Assembly: GCA_963752985.1 (NCBI GenBank)
Contig: CAVWAN010000012.1
Coordinates: 98,933-162,932, forward strand
DNA length: 64,000 nucleotides
Reading direction: 5' to 3'
Source of the DNA: an uncultured Acidobacteriaceae bacterium
Lineage (GTDB): Bacteria; Acidobacteriota; Terriglobia; Terriglobales; Acidobacteriaceae
Shown here: in pieces, positions 8,738 through 18,797 of the stretch
Layout of the letters: the number at the start of each line of letters is the position of its first letter
Numbering within the stretch: the first letter of the stretch is position 1
Position numbers and translations under genes: made by a program
The notes under the pieces: generated by a model
Database searches by the model: none
What the model was told of the DNA's origin: nothing
The model's input: only the letters and a program-made list of their open reading frames with translations

Positions 8738-10240
8738 TCAAGGGTTTCCCTTCCCTGGCGCCTGAGTCATTCTGCGTTCTGCGATGCACTTTAACAAGTG
8801 GGCTCGAAGCTCGCGAAGGCAGGAGCGCAAACGCATGTTGGCCGTCCGGGCGCGACTGGTCTCTTGCAGATGTTTGTGAGCTACCTGCAGAAGTCGAGCG
8901 CGCACTGCGGGCAAATCGCCGGGAGGAAGAGCGGCGCGCTCCTCCGGATCATTTTTCAGGTCATACAGCCGCTCTGACTTTTCACCGAAATTGATTACCA
9001 ATTTGTAGGATTGGTCGCGAACCGCCATCAGGCGTGGCCGAATGCGGTCGCCACGCCGAAATGGGTTGGTGCAGGCTTCGACACATTCCACAACCGCTGG
9101 TTCGCTCGGTAGCTCTCCGCTGAGGAGTTGTGGCCAAATGCTCCGTCCCTGAAAATTTGTCGGAGTCGGCAGGCCGACAGCATCCAGCAGCGTGGGCGCG
9201 AGATGAAGCAGGCTGAACGGTGCTCGCACGCGCTGTTTTCTGGACAGTGCGGGCGCATGCAGCAGCAGAGGCACGTGAATCAGTTGCTCCGATAGGCTCA
9301 CCGGGGAGTGATAGCGGGCGCCATGTTCAAGAAATTCTTCCCCGTGATCGGCGGTGACGGCGAACACCAAGTCGTCCCAACGTTGCGATTGCGACAGCGC
9401 GCTTACCAGTCGGGAGACCTGCTTATCGACCCAGTAAATACCTGCGTCGTAGAGGGAAACAATTTCCTCACGGTATCGCTTCAGCCTGCGAACCGAAATA
9501 TTCTCCCGGTTCCAGAAAGAATTCAGAAAGCTTGCTCGACGCGCGCTGATCTTCGACTTGATGGCGGATAAGGCGTCCTCCGGAGGATAGTAGGGGTGGT
9601 GTGGATCCATCAGGTGCAGCCAGAGGAAGAAAGGTTCTCCCGCAAGTCCATTCAGCCAGGAGCAGGCTCGATCGACGACGACGTTGGCCGCGGGATAGCG
9701 CCGCAGCGCACCCATGGAGACGTTTTCGGCGGTCGAACGCCACTGGCAGTACCAGAAGTAGAGTTCTTCGTATGCGGCTGCGGTGAGACTATTGTGGCTC
9801 GCGGTCGACTGGACAAGTCGATTCAAGTTGGACTTGAAGCCGTTTCCCGGGGATGACGGCTCGCTGTCAGGGATCGAGTTCAGAAAATCATCGAAGGTAT
9901 CGAAGCCCTGGTTGTATCCGAAGCGCGAACTCAGATAAGGGTTGCCTGCCACAAAAGCCGCAGTTCGATACCCGGCATCTTTCAGCGCGCTGGCGATCGT
10001 CTGTTCGTGAGGAGCAATCCCCAGGATGTCGCGCCCGAACGCTAACGGGTAACGCGATGCGAGGATGGCAGGGAATGAGAAATAAGTAGGTACACCGGCT
10101 ACAATCGCATCGGCAAACACCGCACCGCTCTCGGCCAGTGAATCCAGGAACGGCGTGACGGGCCTGGAGTATCCCAGAAAACCGACATGATCGGCTCGCA
10201 GACAGTCTACTGTAACCAGAACAAGGGATCGTGGCTTCAT
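8738..10240 (-). CDS. sulfatase-like (alkaline-phosphatase superfamily) hydrolase/transferase, non-canonical
   Basis: Has the N-terminal metal-site block LVTVDCLRADHVGFLGY and later WLHLMDPHHPY and VTADHGEE. No C/S-x-P-x-R formylglycine motif sits at the expected position (VPTYFSFPAILASR). Confidence 0.75.
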   Translation of the reverse strand: MKPRSLVLVTVDCLRADHVGFLGYSRPVTPFLDSLAESGAVFADAIVAGVPTYFSFPAILASRYPLAFGRDILGIAPHEQTIASALKDAGYRTAAFVAGNPYLSSRFGYNQGFDTFDDFLNSIPDSEPSSPGNGFKSNLNRLVQSTASHNSLTAAAYEELYFWYCQWRSTAENVSMGALRRYPAANVVVDRACSWLNGLAGEPFFLWLHLMDPHHPYYPPEDALSAIKSKISARRASFLNSFWNRENISVRRLKRYREEIVSLYDAGIYWVDKQVSRLVSALSQSQRWDDLVFAVTADHGEEFLEHGARYHSPVSLSEQLIHVPLLLHAPALSRKQRVRAPFSLLHLAPTLLDAVGLPTPTNFQGRSIWPQLLSGELPSEPAVVECVEACTNPFRRGDRIRPRLMAVRDQSYKLVINFGEKSERLYDLKNDPEERAALPPGDLPAVRARLLQVAHKHLQETSRARTANMRLRSCLRELRAHLLKCIAERRMTQAPGKGNP

Positions 10241-10271
10241 TCGCTAGTGGCCGCCCGAGGTCGCAGGCGCT

Positions 10272-10469
10272 TCAAAGGTAGCCTAGGTCTTTCAGGCGCT
10301 GTTCGATGATCTTTTCTTCGGCCTGATCCAGAAGGCTGGCATCGACCTTGGTGATCTCCTGCAGTACAAATGCCAGCAGAGCTTCGAGGCTGTCAAAGTG
10401 GCCTCCAAACTGCCTTTCCGCTTCCACGCAAAGATCCTGCGGCAGGCTCACTGTTCGAAGTTGAGTCAT
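10272..10469 (-). CDS. small hypothetical protein (65 aa)
   Basis: Uses the internal ATG of the 118-aa ORF (MTQLRTVSLPQDL...EQRLKDLGYL). It has helical, charged composition. No family was recognised. Confidence 0.3.
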   Translation of the reverse strand: MTQLRTVSLPQDLCVEAERQFGGHFDSLEALLAFVLQEITKVDASLLDQAEEKIIEQRLKDLGYL

Positions 10470-10797
10470 CACGCTTGCTCCCTGTTTCCGAAAACGACGG
10501 AGGACCCATGTGGTAAAAATGTCCAAGCCGTACACGGCAGTGGTAACCCATGATATTACTATCCTCCTGTGGAGGCGGCGAGCGGGCCGGGAGACGGCCG
10601 CCGCTAGTGGTGTTGGGATGCCGGCCAAACGCGAACCTTGAGGAGGCGATCAGTATCTTTGCTGGAGTCGGACATCGAATTTTTGAATTAGGGATGAGAG
10701 GTCTGGTGGCGGTCACTAATCGAATCGAATCTCCGCAGGATTTGTTCGCATGTCCTGTGGAGCGCATGCCTGCGAGGAGAGTGCCCGGCCCATCGTT

Positions 10798-11949
10798 ATG
10801 ACTCGAAAGACTGTACTCCTTACCGAAATCATTGCCCCTTACCGTATCCCGGTGTTTAACGCTCTCGCAGCTCGCGCCGGGGTGGATCTGCAAGTCATTT
10901 TTCTGGCGGAGACCGACGAGGCGCTTCGACAGTGGCGCATTTATACCGACGAGATTCGTTTTTCCTATGAAGTTCTGCCCTCTTGGCGGTGGCGAGCAGG
11001 AAAGCGCAGTCTTCTTGTGAATCACGGGTTGCGGGCGGCATTAGCTGCGGCGCGCCCCCAGGCCATTCTTTGTGGCGGTTACAACTATCCCGCGTCTTGG
11101 GAATCGCTGTGGTGGGCTCGCCGGCACAGTGTACGGTTTGTCCTGTGGACAGAGAGTACCCAGCGAGACAAACGGTCCGAACGTGCCGCTGTGGAATGGC
11201 TGAAGCGATATTTTGTGAGCTCTTGTGCTGCTTTTGTCGTACCCGGAAAATCCTCGTTTGCCTATCTCCGAACTCTCGGAGCCAGCGAAGACGTCATATT
11301 CACAGCACCCAACGCGGTCGATAACCAGTTCTTTGCGGTCCGGGCGGCGAACACCAGGGCCCAGGCAACTGAACTTCGAGAGAAACTGAAATTGCCCTCG
11401 CGGTTTGTTCTTTTTGTGGGCCGTTTGGTGCCGGAAAAAGGTGTCTTTGATCTCCTCGAAGCCTATGCCAAACTAGAGAGCGGTCTGCGATCCCAGGTAG
11501 GCTTGGTGTTTGCCGGCGATGGAGTCTCCAGAGAGGATCTGGCGCAACAGGCCCAACGGATCAACGGCGGGACGGTTTGTTTCCCGGGATTCGCGCAGCG
11601 GGAAGATCTGGCTGGCCTATATGCGCTGGCGGAAGTCCTGGTTCTACCGACACACAGCGACACTTGGGGTTTGGTGGTGAATGAAGCGATGGCGTGCGGA
11701 CTGCCGATTATCGTGAGCAATGTCGCGGGATGTTCGGCCGATCTGGTCGAGGAGGGGTGGAATGGCTGTGTCGTGCCTCCCCGAGATTCGGAGAAACTCA
11801 GCCTGGCGATCGACTCTGTGGTGCGGGATGGGGAACTGAGACAGCGGATGAGCGCTCATAGCCTGGAACGAATTCGAAACTACTCGCCGGAAGCATGCGC
11901 CGATGGTCTGGCTGCAGCTGCGATCGGTACAGCGACGAGAGAACGATGA
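10798..11949 (+). CDS. glycosyltransferase family 4
   Basis: MTRKTVLLTEIIAPYRIPVFNAL; the E-x7-E region is SDTWGLVVNEAMACGLPIIVS. The start was moved to the ATG at 10798. Confidence 0.85.
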   Translation: MTRKTVLLTEIIAPYRIPVFNALAARAGVDLQVIFLAETDEALRQWRIYTDEIRFSYEVLPSWRWRAGKRSLLVNHGLRAALAAARPQAILCGGYNYPASWESLWWARRHSVRFVLWTESTQRDKRSERAAVEWLKRYFVSSCAAFVVPGKSSFAYLRTLGASEDVIFTAPNAVDNQFFAVRAANTRAQATELREKLKLPSRFVLFVGRLVPEKGVFDLLEAYAKLESGLRSQVGLVFAGDGVSREDLAQQAQRINGGTVCFPGFAQREDLAGLYALAEVLVLPTHSDTWGLVVNEAMACGLPIIVSNVAGCSADLVEEGWNGCVVPPRDSEKLSLAIDSVVRDGELRQRMSAHSLERIRNYSPEACADGLAAAAIGTATRER

Positions 11950-13367
11950 CCTTGAAACCGCTGCATTGGGTATCTATCGTGCTGGGCTTGAGCGCGGTGC
12001 TGTATCTTGTTTATTTCCACTTGCAATACTTCGGCAACGTTTCCTACCTGGGCGCGATCTTGGCGCTGGAGGTGATCGTCGCCTGCCTCTGGAGATATAA
12101 GGAGCGCTTTTTTGTTCTCCTGATCATCACCTTTGTTTGGGCTGGCCTGAAGGTCCCCCTGCAAGGTGCCGGGACCCAGGGGCGCTGGGTAGTGCTAGCG
12201 GTGGGTGCGGTGGCAGGCTTCATTGTCTGGACGAAGACACCTGACAGACCTTTCGGATCGATCCATCTGATCGCGTTCTCTTGCGCCTGCGCCGCGTTTG
12301 TGTCCGCCACTGTCTCTTCGTTTTTCCAAATGGCAGCCCTCAAGGCTTTGAGCCTGTTCCTGCTTTTTCTTTATTGCGCCTCGGGTGCCCGCTTGGCCGT
12401 TCTCGGTCGGGAGGACCGTTTCTTCCAAGGTATGCTCTTGGGGAGTGAGATAGCAGTCTATGCTTCGGCGGCCTGTACTTTTGGCCTGAGGCCAAATGTC
12501 TGGGGTAATCCCAATTCCCTCGGTGCGGCGATGAGTATCGGAGTGTTTCCCATCCTGTTGTGGGGATGGCTGACCAGCGATGGGCTCCAGGTAAAGGGCA
12601 GAAGGCTGGTCGCTCTGCTTCTTTGTGTCTACCTTGTTCATTTCAGCATGGCCCGCGCTGGAATGGCTTCGGTGATGTTCGTTACCGTTATCTTTTGTGT
12701 TTGTCTGCACCAATACAAATTGTTGGTGAAGATAGCGGCACTGGCACTCTTTGTGACTTCGGTCAGTGGGATGTTGGCGCCAGAAACCTTATACATGCAG
12801 CTTGATGACCTGAAGGACGCAGTTCTGTATAAAGGGCACAAGGAAAAAGGCGTGCTAGGTTCGCGGCAGGGACCTTGGGATGAGTCGATTGCCTCGATCA
12901 AAGAGCATCCCTGGTTTGGAACGGGATACGGCACGAGCCCGACAGGCGAGGATCCGGGAATGGGCCCCGGGAATTTCTCTTCAAACGCTGAAGAGAATCG
13001 TGAGCACGGCAGCAGCTACATCAGCATCGTCGAGTGGGTAGGTCTGGTGGGCGTGTTGCCCTTTGTTGCACTCATCGCCGTGACGGTGTCAAACGTGTGG
13101 AAGGTCTGCGCCTGGATGAGACGAACCTCTGACCCAACCCACTACTCGATTCCGCTGGCCATGGTCGTGTTGGCCGGTCTTATCCATGCCAGCTTTGAGG
13201 ATTGGCTCTTTGCTGTGGGTTCCTATCTCTGTTTATTGTTCTGGGCGTTTGCATTTGTGCTCGCAGATCTCATTCCTGACGCCGCCGTGGTTCCAGCAGT
13301 CGGCGCCGTTTCCCGCGCGTCCCGTCCGTTGCCAGCCGATTTCCGGGCTATCGTACCCAACCGATGA
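11946..13367 (+). CDS. O-antigen ligase / Wzy-like polymerase family membrane protein
   Basis: About 470 aa and polytopic. A large periplasmic loop (KGHKEKGVLGSRQGPWDESI...PWFGTGYGTSP...REHGSSYISIVEWVG) is typical of the Wzy_C/O-antigen-ligase domain. The ATG at 11946 overlaps the preceding stop (ATGA). Confidence 0.7.
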   Translation: MTLKPLHWVSIVLGLSAVLYLVYFHLQYFGNVSYLGAILALEVIVACLWRYKERFFVLLIITFVWAGLKVPLQGAGTQGRWVVLAVGAVAGFIVWTKTPDRPFGSIHLIAFSCACAAFVSATVSSFFQMAALKALSLFLLFLYCASGARLAVLGREDRFFQGMLLGSEIAVYASAACTFGLRPNVWGNPNSLGAAMSIGVFPILLWGWLTSDGLQVKGRRLVALLLCVYLVHFSMARAGMASVMFVTVIFCVCLHQYKLLVKIAALALFVTSVSGMLAPETLYMQLDDLKDAVLYKGHKEKGVLGSRQGPWDESIASIKEHPWFGTGYGTSPTGEDPGMGPGNFSSNAEENREHGSSYISIVEWVGLVGVLPFVALIAVTVSNVWKVCAWMRRTSDPTHYSIPLAMVVLAGLIHASFEDWLFAVGSYLCLLFWAFAFVLADLIPDAAVVPAVGAVSRASRPLPADFRAIVPNR

Positions 13368-14545
13368 TCAGATTGTTTATCAATGGCCTCTCCGCCAGCG
13401 CGGGAGGAGGCCTTACCTATCTGCGCAATGTGATTCCTCATCTCGCGCGGAGAGTGGATGCGGCAACCACGGTGTTGTTGAACCCAGCGATTCGCGCGGA
13501 GTTTGAAATGCTTCCCAACGTTTCCTTTGTCGAAATCTCTGCAAGCCCAGGGGCATTCCGGCGTTTTATCCAGGAGCAGACGGCGTTGCCGAAACTGATC
13601 CGGCAGAGCAAAGCGCAGGTGTTGATTTCGGCGGGTAACTTTGCGCTCTGGAACTGCCCGGTCCCGCAAATCCTCCTGTCTCGCAACTCGCTTTACACTT
13701 CTGGCGATTTCCTTCGGGACGTTCGTGCTCGCGGAGATTACGCTATCTGGACAGACACATTGCTCAAGGGCTGGTTGGCTCGGCGATCCATAAGCCGCGC
13801 CGATATTACCGTTGCCCCGAGTGCAGCGTTTGCCCGCGAATTGAGCGAGTGGAGTGGCAGAAAAGTACTGTCGGTGCACCACGGATTTGACCCAGACGCT
13901 TTCAGGAGCGATGCCACGCCTTTGCCGGAGACGGCTCAAGTCCAGCTCGAACAGGCGCAAGACGCTCTCCGCCTGCTTTTTGTGAGCCACTACAATTATT
14001 ACCGGAACTTTGAAACCTTATTTCGGGCAATGCCGATCTTGAGCAGCCGTTTGAAGGGAAAGAAAGTGAAACTCTTTCTCACCTGCCAACTGAAATCCGG
14101 CGAGAATCCAGGGACCTACCGAGCCGATTCTGCGGCGTTGCTCGCCAACACTCTTCGGGGAAGCGGGGAAATCGTCGAACTTGGAACGATCCCTTACCGC
14201 TCGCTGCATCACCTCTATCGCGCCTGCCACATTTATGTCGCACCGGCGTACGCCGAATCCTTCGCTCATCCGCTGATCGAAGCGATGTCGAGTGGCCTGC
14301 CGGTAGTGGCGTCGGATTTGCCGGTGCATCGCGAAATTTGTGAAGATGCGGGAATTTATTTTCCCCGCTTCTCTCCAGATGCCTTGGCACACCAAGTACT
14401 GCGAGTGCAGGAATCGCCGGAGTTGACCGAAAAACTGTCGAAAAACGGCCTCCGGCGTGCCCGCGACTTCAGTTGGAGCAAGCATGTTGAACGCCTGCTT
14501 GTTCTAGCCCAGGAATTGGCGCGGCCTCAAGGGGAGGGAAACTGA
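13364..14545 (+). CDS. glycosyltransferase family 4
   Basis: AESFAHPLIEAMSSGLPVVASD (E-x7-E). The start overlaps the upstream stop. Confidence 0.85.
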   Translation: MIRLFINGLSASAGGGLTYLRNVIPHLARRVDAATTVLLNPAIRAEFEMLPNVSFVEISASPGAFRRFIQEQTALPKLIRQSKAQVLISAGNFALWNCPVPQILLSRNSLYTSGDFLRDVRARGDYAIWTDTLLKGWLARRSISRADITVAPSAAFARELSEWSGRKVLSVHHGFDPDAFRSDATPLPETAQVQLEQAQDALRLLFVSHYNYYRNFETLFRAMPILSSRLKGKKVKLFLTCQLKSGENPGTYRADSAALLANTLRGSGEIVELGTIPYRSLHHLYRACHIYVAPAYAESFAHPLIEAMSSGLPVVASDLPVHREICEDAGIYFPRFSPDALAHQVLRVQESPELTEKLSKNGLRRARDFSWSKHVERLLVLAQELARPQGEGN

Positions 14546-15732
14546 TGTCCCCATCCGAGGACATAGCGGCGGCGCTGCACGTCTTGACACTGACCCCATT
14601 TTTTCCGTCGGACCAAAATGAGGTGTACGGTTGCTTCGTTGCCGAACCGATTCAGGAATTTAAGCAGTTTGGTGTCGACTCCAGTGTGATCGCGGTTTCG
14701 CCGATCTACCATCCACGAAGACACTCGAGTTCATCGGCTGCGGCTGATTGGGTGCGATACCCGCAAGTTCCCGGAACTTTGGGGCTTTCCAGCGCGGGCT
14801 ATCTGCTGTACGCCCGCCTTTTGGGACGAATACGCCAACTGCACAGCGTTAAGCCGATTGATGTTATCCACGCGCACGCGGCTCTGCCTTGCGGCCACGC
14901 GGCGGCGTTGCTCTCCAAGCGCTTGAATATTCCATTCGTGGTTACCGTGCATGGGCTGGATGTGTTCAACACCTGCTCTCTGGGTGGGCTTCCGGCGGCG
15001 TGGAGGCGGAAGGTCTCGGTGGACGTCTACCGTGCGGCGCGGACCGTAATTTGCGTCAGCGGCAGGGTGCAGCGGATCATGGAAAGTGGAATGCCGGACG
15101 GAATCCAGAGTGCCGTCGTGCACAACGGTGTGAATCCGAGTCTTTTTTCTCCGAATCCATCTGAGGCAGGGAAGTTAGCTCCGGAGATTCTCGTCGTCGG
15201 CGACTTGCTGCCGAGCAAAGGCCACGAACTCGTTTTAAGGGCGGTCGGAAGTCTCATGCCTTCCTGTCCCCAGCTTCGATGCCGCATCGTCGGAGAAGGG
15301 CCGCTCCGCGCCCGATTGGAAGGGCTGGTGCGCGACTTGGGTATTGGGCAGCAAGTTCAATTTGTCGGCCGATTGAGCCGGTCCGAAGTGGCGGAAGCCA
15401 TGCGACGTTGCTCTGTGTTCGTGTTGCCCAGTCGGAGCGAGGCCCTCGGATGCGTGTACCTGGAAGCCATGTCATGCGGCAAGCCAGTGATGGCCTGTCG
15501 CGGGCAGGGCATTGATGAAGTGATCGAGCATGGCAAGAATGGCTGGCTCATCCCTGCGGATGGACTCGAAGAGTTGGTGCAGGGGCTTTCGTCTTTGCTC
15601 GCTTCGCCTGAAATGCGCATGCGCATAGGGACCGCTGCGCGCCAGACGATCCTGGAAAAGCTGACGCTGTCGCACCAGGCACAACGCCTGGCCGCGGTTT
15701 ACCGCCAGACTATTGATCGAGTGGCATTCTGA
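14545..15732 (+). CDS. glycosyltransferase family 4
   Basis: HAHAALPCGHAA...VVTVHGLD and SEALGCVYLEAMSCGKPVMAC are present. There is a TGATG overlap with the upstream gene. Confidence 0.85.
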   Translation: MSPSEDIAAALHVLTLTPFFPSDQNEVYGCFVAEPIQEFKQFGVDSSVIAVSPIYHPRRHSSSSAAADWVRYPQVPGTLGLSSAGYLLYARLLGRIRQLHSVKPIDVIHAHAALPCGHAAALLSKRLNIPFVVTVHGLDVFNTCSLGGLPAAWRRKVSVDVYRAARTVICVSGRVQRIMESGMPDGIQSAVVHNGVNPSLFSPNPSEAGKLAPEILVVGDLLPSKGHELVLRAVGSLMPSCPQLRCRIVGEGPLRARLEGLVRDLGIGQQVQFVGRLSRSEVAEAMRRCSVFVLPSRSEALGCVYLEAMSCGKPVMACRGQGIDEVIEHGKNGWLIPADGLEELVQGLSSLLASPEMRMRIGTAARQTILEKLTLSHQAQRLAAVYRQTIDRVAF

Positions 15733-15832
15733 TTCTGCTCGGTTGGTGCGGAAGTCCATCGAATTCCAAATCCCACCAGGGTTGGCGGTTGTCGTTGTTT
15801 TCAGATTGACCCCTGAACCCTTTCTTGTTCAA

Positions 15833-17032
15833 ATGAGCCAGGCATCTTCAAGCAAATCTCAAGAACAGAAAGGCTTGGTCCGCGCGCTCTTTCGAACTAT
15901 CGCACTCTATTTACCGCACATGCTCGAGAAAACAGGGCTCACCATGAGGCGAACTGTCGGTTGGCGATTGATCGTGTCGACCGTGCTCTACCTTGCAGTT
16001 GCCGCAAGCATAGCTCTCCACTGCTATCGCACAAGCGGGTTCAGTATCGACTTGCTCGGGTATGCTGGCACCGTTGCTCTGGACGACACCCGCGATATTG
16101 TGAAGGCTCATGACCTCGTATACCGCGGGCCGCTGACTCCGCATCAGCGCGGTCTGGACGCAGACGTGAGAGATGACGCAGACGTAAAGCAGGCTGCTGA
16201 CATGAGACGCCGCGCAGTTGATCCCTACTACGCTGCGACTCTTTTGCCGTATTTCGCAATTAAACCGTTATATATTCTGGCGCTTGAAGCAGTTCATGCC
16301 GTGGGTTTCAGTGTGTTTGATTCCAGCCGTGCTGTCTCGACCCTCTTCTATTTTGGGATCGCGGTCATGCTATGGGTTTACACGCGATCATGGCTCTCCC
16401 TTTTGGTTTTGATACTCCCCGAAATAATGTTTCTCGGCCAAGCGAACGAGCCCGATGCGATGTCGTGTTTATTTCTGCTACTGGGACTGTGGCTGGTGTT
16501 TGTCAAGCGCCGTGATATGGGCCTGTTAGTGCTTGTCCTCGCGATCTGGGTTCGGCCCGAAAACGTCCTGCTCTGTCTCCTGGTCATTCTCGTGCTCCTG
16601 ATCGACGGCCGGCTGGACCTACCGAAGGCTGCCGTCCTCGCTTTGCTGTGCGTGGGCAGTGACCTGGTTATCACCCACTTCGGTTATCCCTCGCGGGAGC
16701 TCTACAACCATCTTGTGGGCGGAAGAATTGGGGATGCGAACTCGATTGTGCTCGCCGACTACGTCCGCTCGCTCGTGAAGGGCATGCGTGACATGCTACA
16801 CAGTCCTGCCCCGGTATTCGCACTCCTCTGGCTTGTGTGCTTCCCGCTGGTCAAGAAGGAATTCCGCCAGATTATGGGGATCACTCTCCTTTTCTCAGCC
16901 GGACGTTTTATACTGTTCCCGCCCTACGAACCTCGTTACTACCCGCTGTTCTTCGCTACGACGTCGATTGCCGCGGTGCTGTCTATCAGAAGCAGTGCTT
17001 TTCTTCAGGGCATCGTGGCAAAGCCGAACTGA
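15833..17032 (+). CDS. polytopic membrane protein of unknown function (possibly GT-C-like)
   Basis: About 400 aa with 8-10 hydrophobic helices. An acidic first loop follows helix 1 (ALDDTRDIV...DADVRDDADV). The start is taken at ATG 15833 (MSQASSS) rather than the overlapping 15713. Confidence 0.55.
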   Translation: MSQASSSKSQEQKGLVRALFRTIALYLPHMLEKTGLTMRRTVGWRLIVSTVLYLAVAASIALHCYRTSGFSIDLLGYAGTVALDDTRDIVKAHDLVYRGPLTPHQRGLDADVRDDADVKQAADMRRRAVDPYYAATLLPYFAIKPLYILALEAVHAVGFSVFDSSRAVSTLFYFGIAVMLWVYTRSWLSLLVLILPEIMFLGQANEPDAMSCLFLLLGLWLVFVKRRDMGLLVLVLAIWVRPENVLLCLLVILVLLIDGRLDLPKAAVLALLCVGSDLVITHFGYPSRELYNHLVGGRIGDANSIVLADYVRSLVKGMRDMLHSPAPVFALLWLVCFPLVKKEFRQIMGITLLFSAGRFILFPPYEPRYYPLFFATTSIAAVLSIRSSAFLQGIVAKPN

Positions 17033-17090
17033 GAGCAGGGAGGTTCGAGGCTGGGAACCGAAGCCTCCTGACCGCGGAATTGAAAGGGAG

Positions 17091-18647
17091 ATGCCCGGTA
17101 TAGCGAAGAATATGAGTAATCGTGGATTGTTCTTAGGCGTGCTGCTTGGCATTGGACTGTTTGCGACTGGATGTTGGGTCGATTGGGAACGGTTACCCAT
17201 TAATGGGTTGAACGCGAGCCTCAACGATCAGGTTGGGTATATCTCAGTGGCGCGGCACTGGCTCGACGAAGGGAGGCTGGACTCGTCGATCATTTATCCG
17301 TCGCTCCTGGGACAGAGGTACAGAAGGAACTCGCTGTACATGCCCGGCTTCTATGCGGAGTTGGCATCGACCTTTGCCATGTTTGGCTACTCGGCGCTGA
17401 CAGCGCGGCTACCGGCCCTCTTCAGTTTTCTGCTAGCGTGCGGGCTAATGCCTTGGATTGCGTGGCGGCTTTACGATCAGGAGGTCGCGATCTACAGCCT
17501 GGCGCTGTTCGCTTTTTTCCCTTTCAATCTCTTCTATGCTTTCACGGCAACGGCCGAGATGCCTTTGGTCGCAGCCGGCCTGGCAGCTTTTGCCGTATTC
17601 CTCCTGGCTCCGGAGAAGTTTCGGTGGTGGTTAGGTCCTCTGGCGCTAGCGCTGCCTATTCTCTTCCGTGAGACGGGCGTGGCGTTGGGCGTGGTGATGT
17701 GCGTAATGCTCTTCTTCAGCGGGGCGGAAAGATGCAGGTGGAAAGCCACGCTATGCTGGTTGTTGGTGTGTGTGGTTCTGGTGGCGCTGATCGTCTCACC
17801 AGCAGGCGCGGGGCGCCCATCAATGTGGAAGGCCACCATCCTCGTAGGCACGTTTGAAGCGCGGTACGCCGACGCCTTCGCACTGAGACAGGTTCCGGAC
17901 TCGGCGCGAGACTGGGCGATGGCGGTCGGGCATAAATTCCTTTCCAACCTGCGTTCGTTGGTGCCATGGCTAGGCTTCGCCGGCGAGCATTTGGAAGGCG
18001 CTTCAATGCTCTTTCTGCTGAGTGGGATTCCGCTGGGCGTGTGGTTGTGGCTGCAGAAGCGCGACGCGTTTGCTCTTGGAGTAGGCTTGGCCGTGGCCCT
18101 GTTGCTCATTGCGGATCTTTGCGTGTACATGGTGTGGATTTACCACGGGATTCGGTCTTTTCTGTTGATGGAGCCGTTTGTAGCCATGCTTTGGGGGATG
18201 ACTATAGGGTCTTGGACGCGAGAGCAAAGTCGGGCTGTACGCAATCTGCCGGTCTTGTTGTGTTTCCTAGTGGGTGTGGGTATGGCGGTGTCGACTTGGC
18301 GGATACAAAGGGACGCGGTGGTGCAAGCGACAGAAGACACATCGTTCCTGAACTCCGTGATCGGGGAGAGCAAGCAGATGGTGGTGAGTCCCTACCGGAT
18401 CTCGCTCGATTACGTGAACGAGCACTATCCTCAACGGTGGGCTTTCGTCCCGGCAAATTGTCCGACAATGCGGCTGCTGGACCAAAAGGAACGTATTGGA
18501 ACGTTGATTATGCCTGTTGAGTCGGAGCTCGAATCGGACCCTAATCCGTGCGGAATTGGACTTCGCTTCGATGGAGAGAAGGTTTGGCGAGGGATGCGCT
18601 ATCAGGTCTTTCGAAGAGAGAAAGACGAGCCGAAAGCAACGGAGTAA
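17091..18647 (+). CDS. GT-C fold glycosyltransferase (ArnT/PMT_2-like, GT39/GT83-type)
   Basis: The ATG at 17091 is preceded by gaaagggag. 518 aa and polytopic, with a first-loop block NDQVGYISVARHWLDEGRL...SLYMPGFYAELAS as in ArnT/PMT-like enzymes and a soluble C-terminal domain. Confidence 0.65.
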   Translation: MPGIAKNMSNRGLFLGVLLGIGLFATGCWVDWERLPINGLNASLNDQVGYISVARHWLDEGRLDSSIIYPSLLGQRYRRNSLYMPGFYAELASTFAMFGYSALTARLPALFSFLLACGLMPWIAWRLYDQEVAIYSLALFAFFPFNLFYAFTATAEMPLVAAGLAAFAVFLLAPEKFRWWLGPLALALPILFRETGVALGVVMCVMLFFSGAERCRWKATLCWLLVCVVLVALIVSPAGAGRPSMWKATILVGTFEARYADAFALRQVPDSARDWAMAVGHKFLSNLRSLVPWLGFAGEHLEGASMLFLLSGIPLGVWLWLQKRDAFALGVGLAVALLLIADLCVYMVWIYHGIRSFLLMEPFVAMLWGMTIGSWTREQSRAVRNLPVLLCFLVGVGMAVSTWRIQRDAVVQATEDTSFLNSVIGESKQMVVSPYRISLDYVNEHYPQRWAFVPANCPTMRLLDQKERIGTLIMPVESELESDPNPCGIGLRFDGEKVWRGMRYQVFRREKDEPKATE

Positions 18648-18660
18648 TCCGTGCCACGCT

Positions 18661-18797
18661 TGCCACCCTCAGCAACGCAAGTGTGGTAGTTTGAGTGAAT
18701 CTTTGCAATACTCTGGAAGTAAGGAGCGAGGTGCCGTGACCGCTGGGGGACTTGTGCTGTTGCTGCTTACTGCTCCTCGCATGGCAGTGGCAAACCT
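18661..18797 (+). repeat. 137-bp direct repeat, copy 1 (leader + RBS + first ~20 codons)
   Basis: About 90% identical by eye to 20036-20172: tgccRcc..cagcaacgcaagtgtggtagtttgaKtgaatctttgcaatactctggaagtaaggagcgagRtgccGTGaccgctggggg...gcatggcagtggcRaacct. Confidence 0.9.

Noticed and set aside
10272-10628. Full 118-aa minus-strand ORF as a gene
   Set aside because: The N-terminal 53 codons are Arg/Ala/Thr-rich and overlap probable promoter DNA. Only the C-terminal 65 codons from ATG 10469 look protein-like, and even that is low confidence.
10393-11025. 210-aa minus-strand ORF between the sulfatase-like gene and the GT4 gene
   Set aside because: It overlaps the 5' end of the GT4 gene on the opposite strand and has no recognisable features. 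The region 10470-10797 is better treated as a non-coding or promoter region.
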